Of a stretch of 64,000 nucleotides of DNA, positions 1-7,140 are shown in pieces. Position numbers and translations under genes: made by a program. The notes below the pieces were generated by a model. The model searched no databases. It saw nothing but the letters and a program-made list of their open reading frames with translations, and was not told the DNA's origin. Origin of the DNA: Dehalococcoidia bacterium (lineage in GTDB: Bacteria; Chloroflexota; Dehalococcoidia; Lucifugimonadales; UBA3495); contig CBDCFB010000001.1 in assembly GCA_965216065.1 (NCBI GenBank), forward strand, positions 1,442,218-1,506,217, written 5' to 3'. Each line of letters begins with the position of its first letter. Within the stretch, counting starts at the first letter, position 1.

Positions 1-494
1 TCGAGGCCGTAGAGGTCGGTGTAGCGGCGGGCGGAGAAGTCGTTGACCGACTTGGTCATGCCGTAGACGTTGATGGGGTCGTTTACATCGTCCTCGTTGA
101 TGGGGCGCTCGCCGAAGGTGTCCTGAACGCCGTAGACGGCGATGGAACTGGCGTAGACCACGCGCTCGATGCCGGTCCAGCGGGCGGCCTCGAACACGTT
201 GTTGGTGCCGCCGATGTTGACCTGCATGGCGAAGTGGGGGCGGTCCTCGGTGTCGGGCGGAAGGAGTGCAGCCATGTGGATGATCCGCTTGACCCCGTGG
301 GTGTCGATGGCCTCCATCAGCTGGGAGAGCTGGGTCACGTCTCCCCGGTACAGCTTGATGCGGTCGAGGTAGGGCTGCAGGTTGGCGCGCGGAGGGGCGA
401 GGTCGAAGCAGACCACCTCTTCTCCGCGGTCCAGGAGCTTGCGAATTATGCGGTTGCCGATGAACCCGGTCCCGCCGGTCACCATTACGGACAT
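1..494 (-). CDS. NAD-dependent epimerase/dehydratase family protein (N-terminal part; gene continues beyond window start)
   Basis: Absent from the ORF track because it runs off the window. Minus-strand translation from ATG 494..492 gives MSVMVTGGTGFIGNRIIRKLL... It has the Rossmann motif TGGTGFIG and the catalytic YGMTK (YxxxK). A GGAG RBS lies upstream. Confidence 0.8.
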   Translation of the reverse strand, partial: MSVMVTGGTGFIGNRIIRKLLDRGEEVVCFDLAPPRANLQPYLDRIKLYRGDVTQLSQLMEAIDTHGVKRIIHMAALLPPDTEDRPHFAMQVNIGGTNNVFEAARWTGIERVVYASSIAVYGVQDTFGERPINEDDVNDPINVYGMTKSVNDFSARRYTDLYGL

Positions 495-628
495 CTCGTT
501 TCTCCTGTTCTTCCTTGGCATGGATGTTGCGGGAACATGTTAAGTTCGCGGTTCATGACGCCGCAATCCCCCAATGGCCGTTGTTCCCGCCGAACGCGAT
601 TAGCCACCATCGAGGGAATTGAGCACAG

Positions 629-784
629 CAGGGTCTTTTAGTCTTCCGGTACGAATAACACAACTTCCGTCATTCCCGTGGAAGCGGGAATCCAGTGCTC
701 GGCTACCTGTGGCCGTGTTGTAGGCAATTGGCCCTCTGGATTCCCGCGTTCGCGGGAATGACGGGTGAAAACTAAAAGACCCTG
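629..784. mobile_element. MITE-like element type A (REP-hairpin core), 156 bp
   Basis: Perfect 14-bp terminal inverted repeats CAGGGTCTTTTAGT (629..642) and ACTAAAAGACCCTG (771..784). The core carries two inverted copies of the GTCATTCCCG-N-CGGGAATCCAG hairpin. Flanked by TTGAGCACAG and TTGAGCACAC. Confidence 0.75.
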
Positions 785-794
785 TTGAGCACAC

Positions 795-1010
795 AGGACG
801 ATTGCGTTTTAACCAAATCAGCTTTGCCGCTGTCCCGTCATTCCCGCGAAAGCGGGAATCCAGGGTTTTCGTATTGTTGGCTGTCTCCGGCTGGCTAACC
901 TGACGGTTCTCCGATGGGCGCAGAACACTGGAATTTCCGGCCATTGGATTCCCGCTTTCGCGGGAATGACGGTGTGAACGGCTGCGAATAACTAAAGCGC
1001 GATTGCCCTG
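795..1010. mobile_element. MITE-like element type B (CAGGnCnATCGCG termini), about 216 bp
   Basis: Ends are AGGACGATTGCG... and ...GCGCGATTGCCCTG. A reverse-complement relative sits at 13848..14107 and another at 34287..34481. Contains two GTCATTCCCGCGAAAGCGGGAATCC hairpins. Flanked by TTGAGCACAC and TTGAGGACAG. Confidence 0.7.
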
Positions 1011-1140
1011 TTGAGGACAGGCGCTGCGTTGACAATACAGGCGCGGATGGTGTATCAATCTACTGCTGACATGCATCTACCTTAGGCAAGCTAGGAGACC
1101 GCAATGTAGGCGGCTCTGCCCCAGCTGTAGGAGGAGGAAA

Positions 1141-1407
1141 ATGCCCGACACTTACTACTCCAGGGTTAGCAACTTCCTGTCCGACCCTCGGGATCGCTTC
1201 ATTGCAGTCGGAGAAACGGCGGATGAAGTTCTGCAGAAGATGAATGAATACCTGACCAGCGAAGCCGCGGTGGCGCGGTACGGAGCCATAAACCCGCAAG
1301 AGCTGGAGCAGAACATTCGGACCTGCATTTTCAAGAAGGGCACGAAGAACATCCACAACCGCGCCCCGGACACTCGCTACTACCACGATGCGCCGGCCCA
1401 CGACTGA
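1141..1407 (+). CDS. hypothetical protein (88 aa)
   Basis: ORF-track ORF with a GAGGAGG RBS at 1131..1137 and an intrinsic terminator downstream. No family recognised. Confidence 0.6.
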   Translation: MPDTYYSRVSNFLSDPRDRFIAVGETADEVLQKMNEYLTSEAAVARYGAINPQELEQNIRTCIFKKGTKNIHNRAPDTRYYHDAPAHD

Positions 1408-1436
1408 TTCTCCGGTGGCCGCTTAGTATAACCTCA

Positions 1437-1465
1437 GACCCCGCATCCCCCGAGCGGGGTCTTTT
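1437..1465 (+). terminator. rho-independent terminator between convergent genes
   Basis: Stem GACCCCGC (1437..1444) pairs with GCGGGGTC (1454..1461), followed by TTTT. Confidence 0.7.
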
Positions 1466-1495
1466 CCTTTCTGCTCCTTTCTACGGGCCGGCCTC

Positions 1496-2281
1496 TCAGA
1501 GGGGGCGCTTTGCCGGAATACCGATGCGGCGCGGGTAGCGGTTCGGGGTGGGTGCAACCTTCTCGAACGCCGCGACCACGCGGTTGTCGGTAAGGCCCTC
1601 GAGGGTTACGGGAAAGACGCCGGCATCCTTCCCACCGAGCTCGGCCAGCGCCATCTCCGCCTCGGCCAGTTCCGCCTCCAGCCCGCCGTGCTTCAGAGCC
1701 ACGACGAACCCGCCTTCCCGGCAGAACGGCAGGGCGTATTCCAAGAGCAGGGACAGCTTGGCCACGCCGCGCACCAAGGCCAGATCGAAGGACTCACGCA
1801 GTTCCGGCTGGCGGGCCAGCGTTTCCGCCCGGCCCGTGTGGACAGTAACAGACTGCAGCCCCAGGGATCGAACGATGTGCTCCAGGAACGCAGTCTTCTT
1901 CCCCACCGACTCCACCAGGTGCAGTTCCAGTCCGGGGAAGGCGAGTTTCAACGGTAGGCCGGGAAATCCTGCGCCGCTGCCGATGTCCGCTACCCTAGCG
2001 GTGTCGGCCAGGCGACGGGTTGCGTCTTTTGCGTCTTTTGCGTCTTTTGCGTCTGCGGACGGCCCCTGAAATGGGAGGAAGGCCGTCAGAGAGTCTAGGA
2101 AGTGTTTGACCTGGGTTTCCTCGAAGCCTGAGATGGAGGTGAGGTTGGCCCGCCGGTTCCACTCCGTCAGTTCCCGGTAGTACAGGTCGAACTGCTCGAG
2201 CTGGTCCCTGGAGAGGGTGATTCCAAGTGATTCGGCCCCTTCGGACAGGAGGGCCATGCAGTCGTTGTGGTCGTTTGCCAT
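1496..2281 (-). CDS. rsmG: 16S rRNA (guanine527-N7)-methyltransferase RsmG/GidB
   Basis: ORF 1496..2464 trimmed to the internal ATG at 2281..2279 (MANDHNDCMALL...). Shows the SAM motif ADIGSGAGFPGLPLK and typical RsmG length and layout. Confidence 0.85.
   Translation of the reverse strand: MANDHNDCMALLSEGAESLGITLSRDQLEQFDLYYRELTEWNRRANLTSISGFEETQVKHFLDSLTAFLPFQGPSADAKDAKDAKDATRRLADTARVADIGSGAGFPGLPLKLAFPGLELHLVESVGKKTAFLEHIVRSLGLQSVTVHTGRAETLARQPELRESFDLALVRGVAKLSLLLEYALPFCREGGFVVALKHGGLEAELAEAEMALAELGGKDAGVFPVTLEGLTDNRVVAAFEKVAPTPNRYPRRIGIPAKRPL
2021..2054. repeat. 9-bp tandem repeat TGCGTCTTT x3.8 inside rsmG
   Basis: Read directly from the sequence. Encodes ADAKDAKDAKDAT on the minus strand. 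Confidence 0.9.
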
Positions 2282-2378
2282 GCGTATATTATGGCGTAAT
2301 TGACACGAAATTTGGCGGGTCGTAGAATTGCCCGTGCTTAAGAAAAATTCAAATGTGCGTAGAGTCGGAAGGCGTAAG

Positions 2379-2627
2379 ATGGCGGTTAAGGCATACCTCT
2401 TGATTGAAACTTCGGTGGGTAAGACCAGGGAAGTGTCTACTGCTCTCACATCGACGCCTGGCATCTATCAGGTTGATGTGCTGGTTGACGTAGTGACTGG
2501 TCCCTACGACATCATCGCGGTGCTGAACGCAGAAAATATGAGCGACATCGGCAACATGGTTACCGAAAAGGTGCACACCATCGACGGCGTGGTCCGGACA
2601 GTCACCTGCGTGGCCGTCGGCGGCTGA
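2379..2627 (+). CDS. stand-alone Lrp/AsnC-type ligand-binding (RAM) domain protein
   Basis: MAVKAYLLIETSVGKTREV...VTGPYDIIAVL pattern. GGAAGG RBS upstream of ATG 2379. The ORF-track start at 2328 is judged too early. Confidence 0.65.
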   Translation: MAVKAYLLIETSVGKTREVSTALTSTPGIYQVDVLVDVVTGPYDIIAVLNAENMSDIGNMVTEKVHTIDGVVRTVTCVAVGG

Positions 2628-2681
2628 CGCCCGCGAAGCGCCTTCCCCAAACCCTGCCCCAGACCGCCAGGGAGTATCGTT

Positions 2682-3857
2682 TTGGACTTTAAGTTTACCC
2701 CCGAAGACGAGCAGTTCCGTCAGGACCTGAGGACTTTTCTCGACACCGAGCTTCCCGGGACCTGGGAAGGGGGCGGCCGCTACCCCGAGGAAGACGACTG
2801 GGACCTGACCCGGGTAATCCGCAAGAAGATGGCGGACCGGGGCTGGCTGACGATGCACTGGCCCGAAGAGTACGGCGGCCAGAACGCCTCTCCGGTGAAG
2901 TCGGCAATCTTCAACGAGGAAATCGCCTACCTCAGGGCGCCGGGCCGGGACATCTTCGGCGTGCGCATGCTGGGGCCGACGCTGATGATCCACGGCTCGG
3001 AGGAGCAGAAGCGCACCCACCTGACGCCGGTGGCGCGCGGCGAGGTGCAGTGGTGCCAAGGGTACAGCGAGCCGGAGTCCGGTTCCGACCTGGCCTCGCT
3101 GAGCACCCGAGCCGTCCGCGACGGGGACGACCTGGTGATCAACGGCGGCAAGATCTGGACGACCCTGGCACACAGGGCCGACTGGATCATGCTGCTCACC
3201 CGCACCGACCCGGACGCCCCCAAGCACCGTGGCATCAGTTTCGTGCTGGTGGACATGAAGTCGCCGGGCGTAACCGTACGGCCGATCATCAACATGGCGG
3301 GCGGACACGAGTTCAACCAGGTGCTGTTCGACAACGTCCGCGTGCCCCGGGCCAACGTGGTCGGCGAGGAGGACCGCGGCTGGTACGTGGCGGTTACCCT
3401 CCTGGACTTCGAGCGCTCAGGCATCGACTACTCGGCAAACGCCCGGCGATTGCTGGATGACGTCCGCGAGTACGCTACCGAAACGAAGCGCAACGGCCAG
3501 GCGATCAGGGATGTCCCGTGGGTGCGCAGCCTGATGGCCGACCGTTACATCGAATGCGAGGTGGCGCGGCTGATCGCGTACAACGTGGCCTACATGCAGG
3601 GAGAGGGCCTGGTGCCCACCCGCGAGGCCTCGATGAGCAAGGTGTTCGGCAGCGAGACGGTGCGGCGGGTGACCGAGGCGGCGATGGACGTACTCGGGCT
3701 GTACGGAACGCTGGGCCGCCAAGAAAAGTGGGCCCCATTGATGGGCCGCGTGCAGGAGCACTGGATGCTGAGCTTCTCGGGCACGATCGCGGCAGGCACA
3801 TCGGAAGTACAGCGAAACATCATCGCCGGCCGGGGCCTGGGATTGCCACGAGGTTAG
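2682..3857 (+). CDS. acyl-CoA dehydrogenase family protein
   Basis: 391 aa with a TTG start. Motifs YSEPESGSDLASL and GTSEVQRNIIA are typical of the ACAD fold. Confidence 0.85.
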   Translation: MDFKFTPEDEQFRQDLRTFLDTELPGTWEGGGRYPEEDDWDLTRVIRKKMADRGWLTMHWPEEYGGQNASPVKSAIFNEEIAYLRAPGRDIFGVRMLGPTLMIHGSEEQKRTHLTPVARGEVQWCQGYSEPESGSDLASLSTRAVRDGDDLVINGGKIWTTLAHRADWIMLLTRTDPDAPKHRGISFVLVDMKSPGVTVRPIINMAGGHEFNQVLFDNVRVPRANVVGEEDRGWYVAVTLLDFERSGIDYSANARRLLDDVREYATETKRNGQAIRDVPWVRSLMADRYIECEVARLIAYNVAYMQGEGLVPTREASMSKVFGSETVRRVTEAAMDVLGLYGTLGRQEKWAPLMGRVQEHWMLSFSGTIAAGTSEVQRNIIAGRGLGLPRG

Positions 3858-3897
3858 GACGCCAGGGTTCCTGCTCCTTCCGGAAACGAAGGATAAG

Positions 3898-3933
3898 CGC
3901 AGAAGGAAGGGAATTCCTTCTGCGTTTGTCTTT
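3898..3933. terminator. bidirectional hairpin terminator between convergent genes
   Basis: CGCAGAAGGAA (3898..3908) pairs with TTCCTTCTGCG (3914..3924), followed by TTTGTCTTT. Confidence 0.65.
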
Positions 3934-3938
3934 GGGCG

Positions 3939-4298
3939 CTAGGCGGCGAAGTACGCCGGTTCCCCAACGGCCGATATCTGCATGGTCGCCTCCCGGCAGC
4001 GCTGCATGATCCGGAATACGGTCCGCTTCGTGATTGAGAACCTCTCTGCAGTCTCCTCGATGGTGAGAAATTCTTGCTGCATCACCTGTAGCATCCGAAA
4101 GTCTTTGGCCAGCTTGCGGTTGCGCTGAAACCACACGGGGTCGTCGTACCTGCACCTTGGGAGCGGGCAGTCCAGGCAGGAATCGGAGACCACGCAGCCA
4201 TTGTCTTCATAATGGTAGAATTCCGAGGCGTCTTCCGAGGGAGTTCGCCCAGGATAGGAAGGAACCGATTCGGGGCGCGAAGCCAACAGCATTACCAT
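3939..4298 (-). CDS. putative DNA-binding protein with Cys4 cluster and C-terminal HTH
   Basis: 119 aa. Carries C-x5-C-x2-C-x4-C (CVVSDSCLDCPLPRC) followed by an HTH-like stretch LTIEETAERFSITKRTVFRIMQ. Confidence 0.55.
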   Translation of the reverse strand: MVMLLASRPESVPSYPGRTPSEDASEFYHYEDNGCVVSDSCLDCPLPRCRYDDPVWFQRNRKLAKDFRMLQVMQQEFLTIEETAERFSITKRTVFRIMQRCREATMQISAVGEPAYFAA

Positions 4299-4438
4299 AA
4301 CAATCTCCCAAACGCGTGTTCTATCATGTTGCGCCCAATGTAGAACATCCGTACATTGAATGTCAACGCTTTTCCCGCCCTATTTGGTAGAAATGTTCTA
4401 TTCTAGTGGGGCCATGGATTTCCGTAGCTGGAGGACCG

Positions 4439-5218
4439 ATGATCGAATACGAAACGATGACCTACGAGAGGAAGGGCAGGACCGCATACATCATGTTCAA
4501 CCGCCCGCAGTCTCTGAACGCCGTGAACCGGCAGTTCGAGGAGGACCTGCACGAGGCGCTGCTGGAATTCGACACGGACGACGAGGCGTGGGTCGGCATC
4601 ATCCACGGTGCCGGGCGTGCTTTCTGCGCGGGTGCGGACATCAAGCAGCGGTTCGTGGAGATAACTCCGCAGGAGAGCGCCCGGAGGGAGCGGGGTCCAA
4701 ATCCGGAGGGCTACCTGGGCCGCACGGTGAACTGGAAGCCGGTCATCGCCGCGGTGCACGGGTACGCGCTGGGCGCCGGTATCGTAATCGCCGCTGAATG
4801 CGACATGATCGTGGCCTCGGAGGACGCCCGGTTCGGCATAACGGAAACGAAGCGGGGGTTGGCTGGCGGCAGGATCTGGGCCAAGGTCAACGCCTTCATG
4901 CCTTCGAAGATCGCCAGCGAGATGGTCATCACGGGCGAACCGGTGGAGGCCGCGGAGCTCTACCGCCTGGGCCTGATCAACCGGCTGGTGCCGAACGGGT
5001 TCCATCTCACCGCGGCCGAAGCGCTGGCTGCGAAGGTGCTGAAGACGCCGCCGCTGTCGGCCCGGGTGGGCGTGAAGCTGACAAGGCGCCAGTGGGTGCA
5101 GACCGGCGCCGAGGTCGATATGCAGACCCTGCCACTGAAGCTGCACATGAGCGAGGACTTCAAGGAGGCCAGCCGCTCATTTGTGGAAAAGCGGCCGCCG
5201 GAGTACAAGGCCAGATAG
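4439..5218 (+). CDS. enoyl-CoA hydratase/isomerase (crotonase) family protein
   Basis: GGAGGA RBS before ATG 4439. Motifs FCAGADIK and AAVHGYALGAG. Confidence 0.85.
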   Translation: MIEYETMTYERKGRTAYIMFNRPQSLNAVNRQFEEDLHEALLEFDTDDEAWVGIIHGAGRAFCAGADIKQRFVEITPQESARRERGPNPEGYLGRTVNWKPVIAAVHGYALGAGIVIAAECDMIVASEDARFGITETKRGLAGGRIWAKVNAFMPSKIASEMVITGEPVEAAELYRLGLINRLVPNGFHLTAAEALAAKVLKTPPLSARVGVKLTRRQWVQTGAEVDMQTLPLKLHMSEDFKEASRSFVEKRPPEYKAR

Positions 5219-5235
5219 AAGAGAGTACACAAAAA

Positions 5236-5272
5236 TTCCCTCCCCCAGCGGGGGAGGGTTAAGGTGGGGGAG
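5236..5272. repeat. GEG-type hairpin repeat
   Basis: TTCCCTCCCCCAGCGGGGGAGGGTTAAGGTGGGGGAG. Same architecture as the copies at 29031..29101, 55142..55184 and 58204..58240. Confidence 0.7.
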
Positions 5273-5297
5273 AAAGCCAGGGCAAAGACGACGCTGG

Positions 5298-5639
5298 TCA
5301 GACCTCGGCTTCCACCTGCTGCATTCCGTAAGGGGATTTGCCAATCACCATACCGTTGTCGAGTTCCACAACCGCCTTCAGGTTGCGGAAGAACAGGAAG
5401 GAGCGCAGGTCAATCTGAAGGCTGACCACATGGCGGGACAGTTCGGAGAGGGTCAGGACCTCAACGCCGTTCAGATCATGAGACTCGTACTCGGACATGT
5501 TGCGGCGGTGCACTCTGGTATCGACCGATACCTCAACGGCGCACCCGGCTCAAGAAGAGTGCTGGAGCAGGTCGACTGCGATCCTGCCTCCCTTGCCCTG
5601 GATGTGTTCAGCAGCGCTCTGGCTGAGGTTAATCTCCAT
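5298..5639 (-). CDS. candidate small selenoprotein (UxxC motif; HesB-like / CC-Se-motif-like), TGA at 5552..5550 read as Sec
   Basis: ATG 5639..5637 has an AAGGAAG RBS and lies 18 nt after the yqeK stop. The same frame runs into ORF 5298..5513, interrupted only by one TGA. Sequence reads ...DLLQHSS-U-AGCAVEV... Confidence 0.6.
5508..5544 (-). promoter_or_regulatory. SECIS-like stem-loop 3' of the in-frame TGA
   Basis: Upper hairpin is GGUAUC-GGUC-GAUACC (5532..5517), starting 17 nt after the UGA. A lower helix GUGC/GCAC sits beneath it. The apical loop contains GU. Confidence 0.5.
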
Positions 5640-5657
5640 CAAGACACTTCCTTCAGG

Positions 5658-6275
5658 TCAGTTGAGGGCCGCCGATTTCGTCTGCGCACCCCGCAGAAGC
5701 AGCGAGTTTATCGCCTGGACGCTGGCGGGGTGGACCGGCCTTCTCTGCTGCAGGCGCAGGGCCGACTCCCGGCAGAGGAACTCAAGCACGGCCTGGCTCA
5801 GGCTCTCGTTGGCTATGTGACGCAGTTCCTGCTGGTAGGGGTATGACTTTATCTTGCGAGGCTCCAGCTTGTCGGCGATGAATACCAGCAGTCCCAGGGG
5901 CGTCATGTCTGCGCTGCCGGTGGTGTGGTAGCGGACAGCGGCGAGTATCTCCTCGTCGACCAGCCCGTCGTCGTGGCGCAGCAGCTCGGCTCCCAGTGGC
6001 CCGTGAAGAGTCACCGGCGCCCGCCTCTCGATGTCTAGGACGGGCATATCGAATCGCATCGCCTGCCGCAGAATCTCCGACTTCTTGGCGGCTCTCGCCA
6101 CGTCATGACCCAGGATGGCCAGCTCGGCCCTTTCCTCGTCGATGCCATGGCGGCTTGCCAACTCCAGCCCCAAATCACGAGTGCGGAAGATGTGGGCCTT
6201 GAGCTTGTTCGGCAATGACTCGAATCGCTCCGCGAACCTGTCGTTGACGATCCGATAGACCGGTCCAGGGGTCAT
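5658..6275 (-). CDS. yqeK: HD-domain hydrolase, YqeK-like (bis(5'-nucleosyl)-tetraphosphatase family)
   Basis: 205 aa with the HD motif ILGHDVAR and ...RYHTTG... typical of YqeK. Confidence 0.7.
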   Translation of the reverse strand: MTPGPVYRIVNDRFAERFESLPNKLKAHIFRTRDLGLELASRHGIDEERAELAILGHDVARAAKKSEILRQAMRFDMPVLDIERRAPVTLHGPLGAELLRHDDGLVDEEILAAVRYHTTGSADMTPLGLLVFIADKLEPRKIKSYPYQQELRHIANESLSQAVLEFLCRESALRLQQRRPVHPASVQAINSLLLRGAQTKSAALN

Positions 6276-6625
6276 CCCATGTCACCCAACTGCCTGCCGC
6301 CCATCAGGTGGACGTGGGGATGTGCGATTGTCTGCTGAGCGTCCGGACCCTGGTTCAGTGTCAGCCGGTAACCACTCAGGGTGATGTTTTCGCGACGGGC
6401 CATCTCCTCGGCGACGACGAACAGGTGGCCCATGATGGGCACCTGGCCAGGCCCCACGTAGGCCAGGGACGCGATGTGCATGTTGGGGATGACCAGCAGG
6501 TGGACCGGTGCCTTGGGATTGATGTCCTTGACGACGAAGCACCGCTCGTCGCGGTAGATTACATCCGGGCTCGCCGAATCACGGGCGATGCCGCAGAAAA
6601 TGCACGGGTTGGTGGCGGTTGTCAT
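6272..6625 (-). CDS. HIT (histidine triad) family protein
   Basis: 117 aa with the triad HPHVHLMGG and N-terminal CIFC. Confidence 0.85.
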   Translation of the reverse strand: MTTATNPCIFCGIARDSASPDVIYRDERCFVVKDINPKAPVHLLVIPNMHIASLAYVGPGQVPIMGHLFVVAEEMARRENITLSGYRLTLNQGPDAQQTIAHPHVHLMGGRQLGDMG

Positions 6626-6632
6626 GGGCAGC

Positions 6633-7097
6633 TCACGTTCCTTCTTCTGATGGAGTGTCGTGCGGCGGACGCTGGCCTGTCAACCTCTCCAGCCGCCTGC
6701 GCTGGGCTCTGGTTTCAACTACATAGGACGCCGGAATCCGAGGGCTGACGGCCTCCAGTTCAGCCAGATATTCTTTTACTTTGCTGACTCCGAATTCCAC
6801 CTCATCCTCTGGAGTCCAGTTTTCGTAGAAGTTCTGGTGCATGGACCTCGCCACAGCGAACATTTCTCGAAGGTAGGGCCGGCCTAATTCGTCAACGACC
6901 TGGCCGGAAATATCGTAGAGCAGAGAATGCGACTGATGGTGCCAGCCCCTTTGCTCTGCAATGGACTTGAGGGCGCAGGCCGCAGCGCCCCAAGACTTTT
7001 CGCACGCCTGCACCAAGTCGCCCTGCCGCAGGTAGCCCTCCGCGCGTGCCATAAAGTCCTGGCTCATGGAAGTGTATTTGTTTTTGGGTGTCGTCAT
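6633..7097 (-). CDS. PaREP1-like (HEPN-related) family protein
   Basis: The QGDLVQACEKSWGAAACALKSIAEQRGWHHQSHSLLY pattern matches my recollection of the PaREP1/PaREP8 signature. Confidence 0.55.
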   Translation of the reverse strand: MTTPKNKYTSMSQDFMARAEGYLRQGDLVQACEKSWGAAACALKSIAEQRGWHHQSHSLLYDISGQVVDELGRPYLREMFAVARSMHQNFYENWTPEDEVEFGVSKVKEYLAELEAVSPRIPASYVVETRAQRRRLERLTGQRPPHDTPSEEGT

Positions 7098-7140
7098 GCC
7101 TGCTCGGGCTCTTAGCCTAGGCCTTAACTATCTTCGTCAA

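Noticed and set aside
600-1020. The hairpin repeats (also 13848..14107, 34287..34481, 40694..40788) as a CRISPR array.
   Set aside because: The repeats are strongly palindromic and occur in both orientations with irregular spacing. They are bounded by inverted termini and target duplications, and no cas genes are present.
600-1076. 158-aa ORF (minus), plus 13904..14092, 34254..34618 and similar small ORFs containing SRFRGNDG / RESGNP / SNHERTALR peptides.
   Set aside because: These are translations of REP/MITE repeats. The same peptides recur wherever the repeat occurs, in both orientations, and lack RBS or start context.
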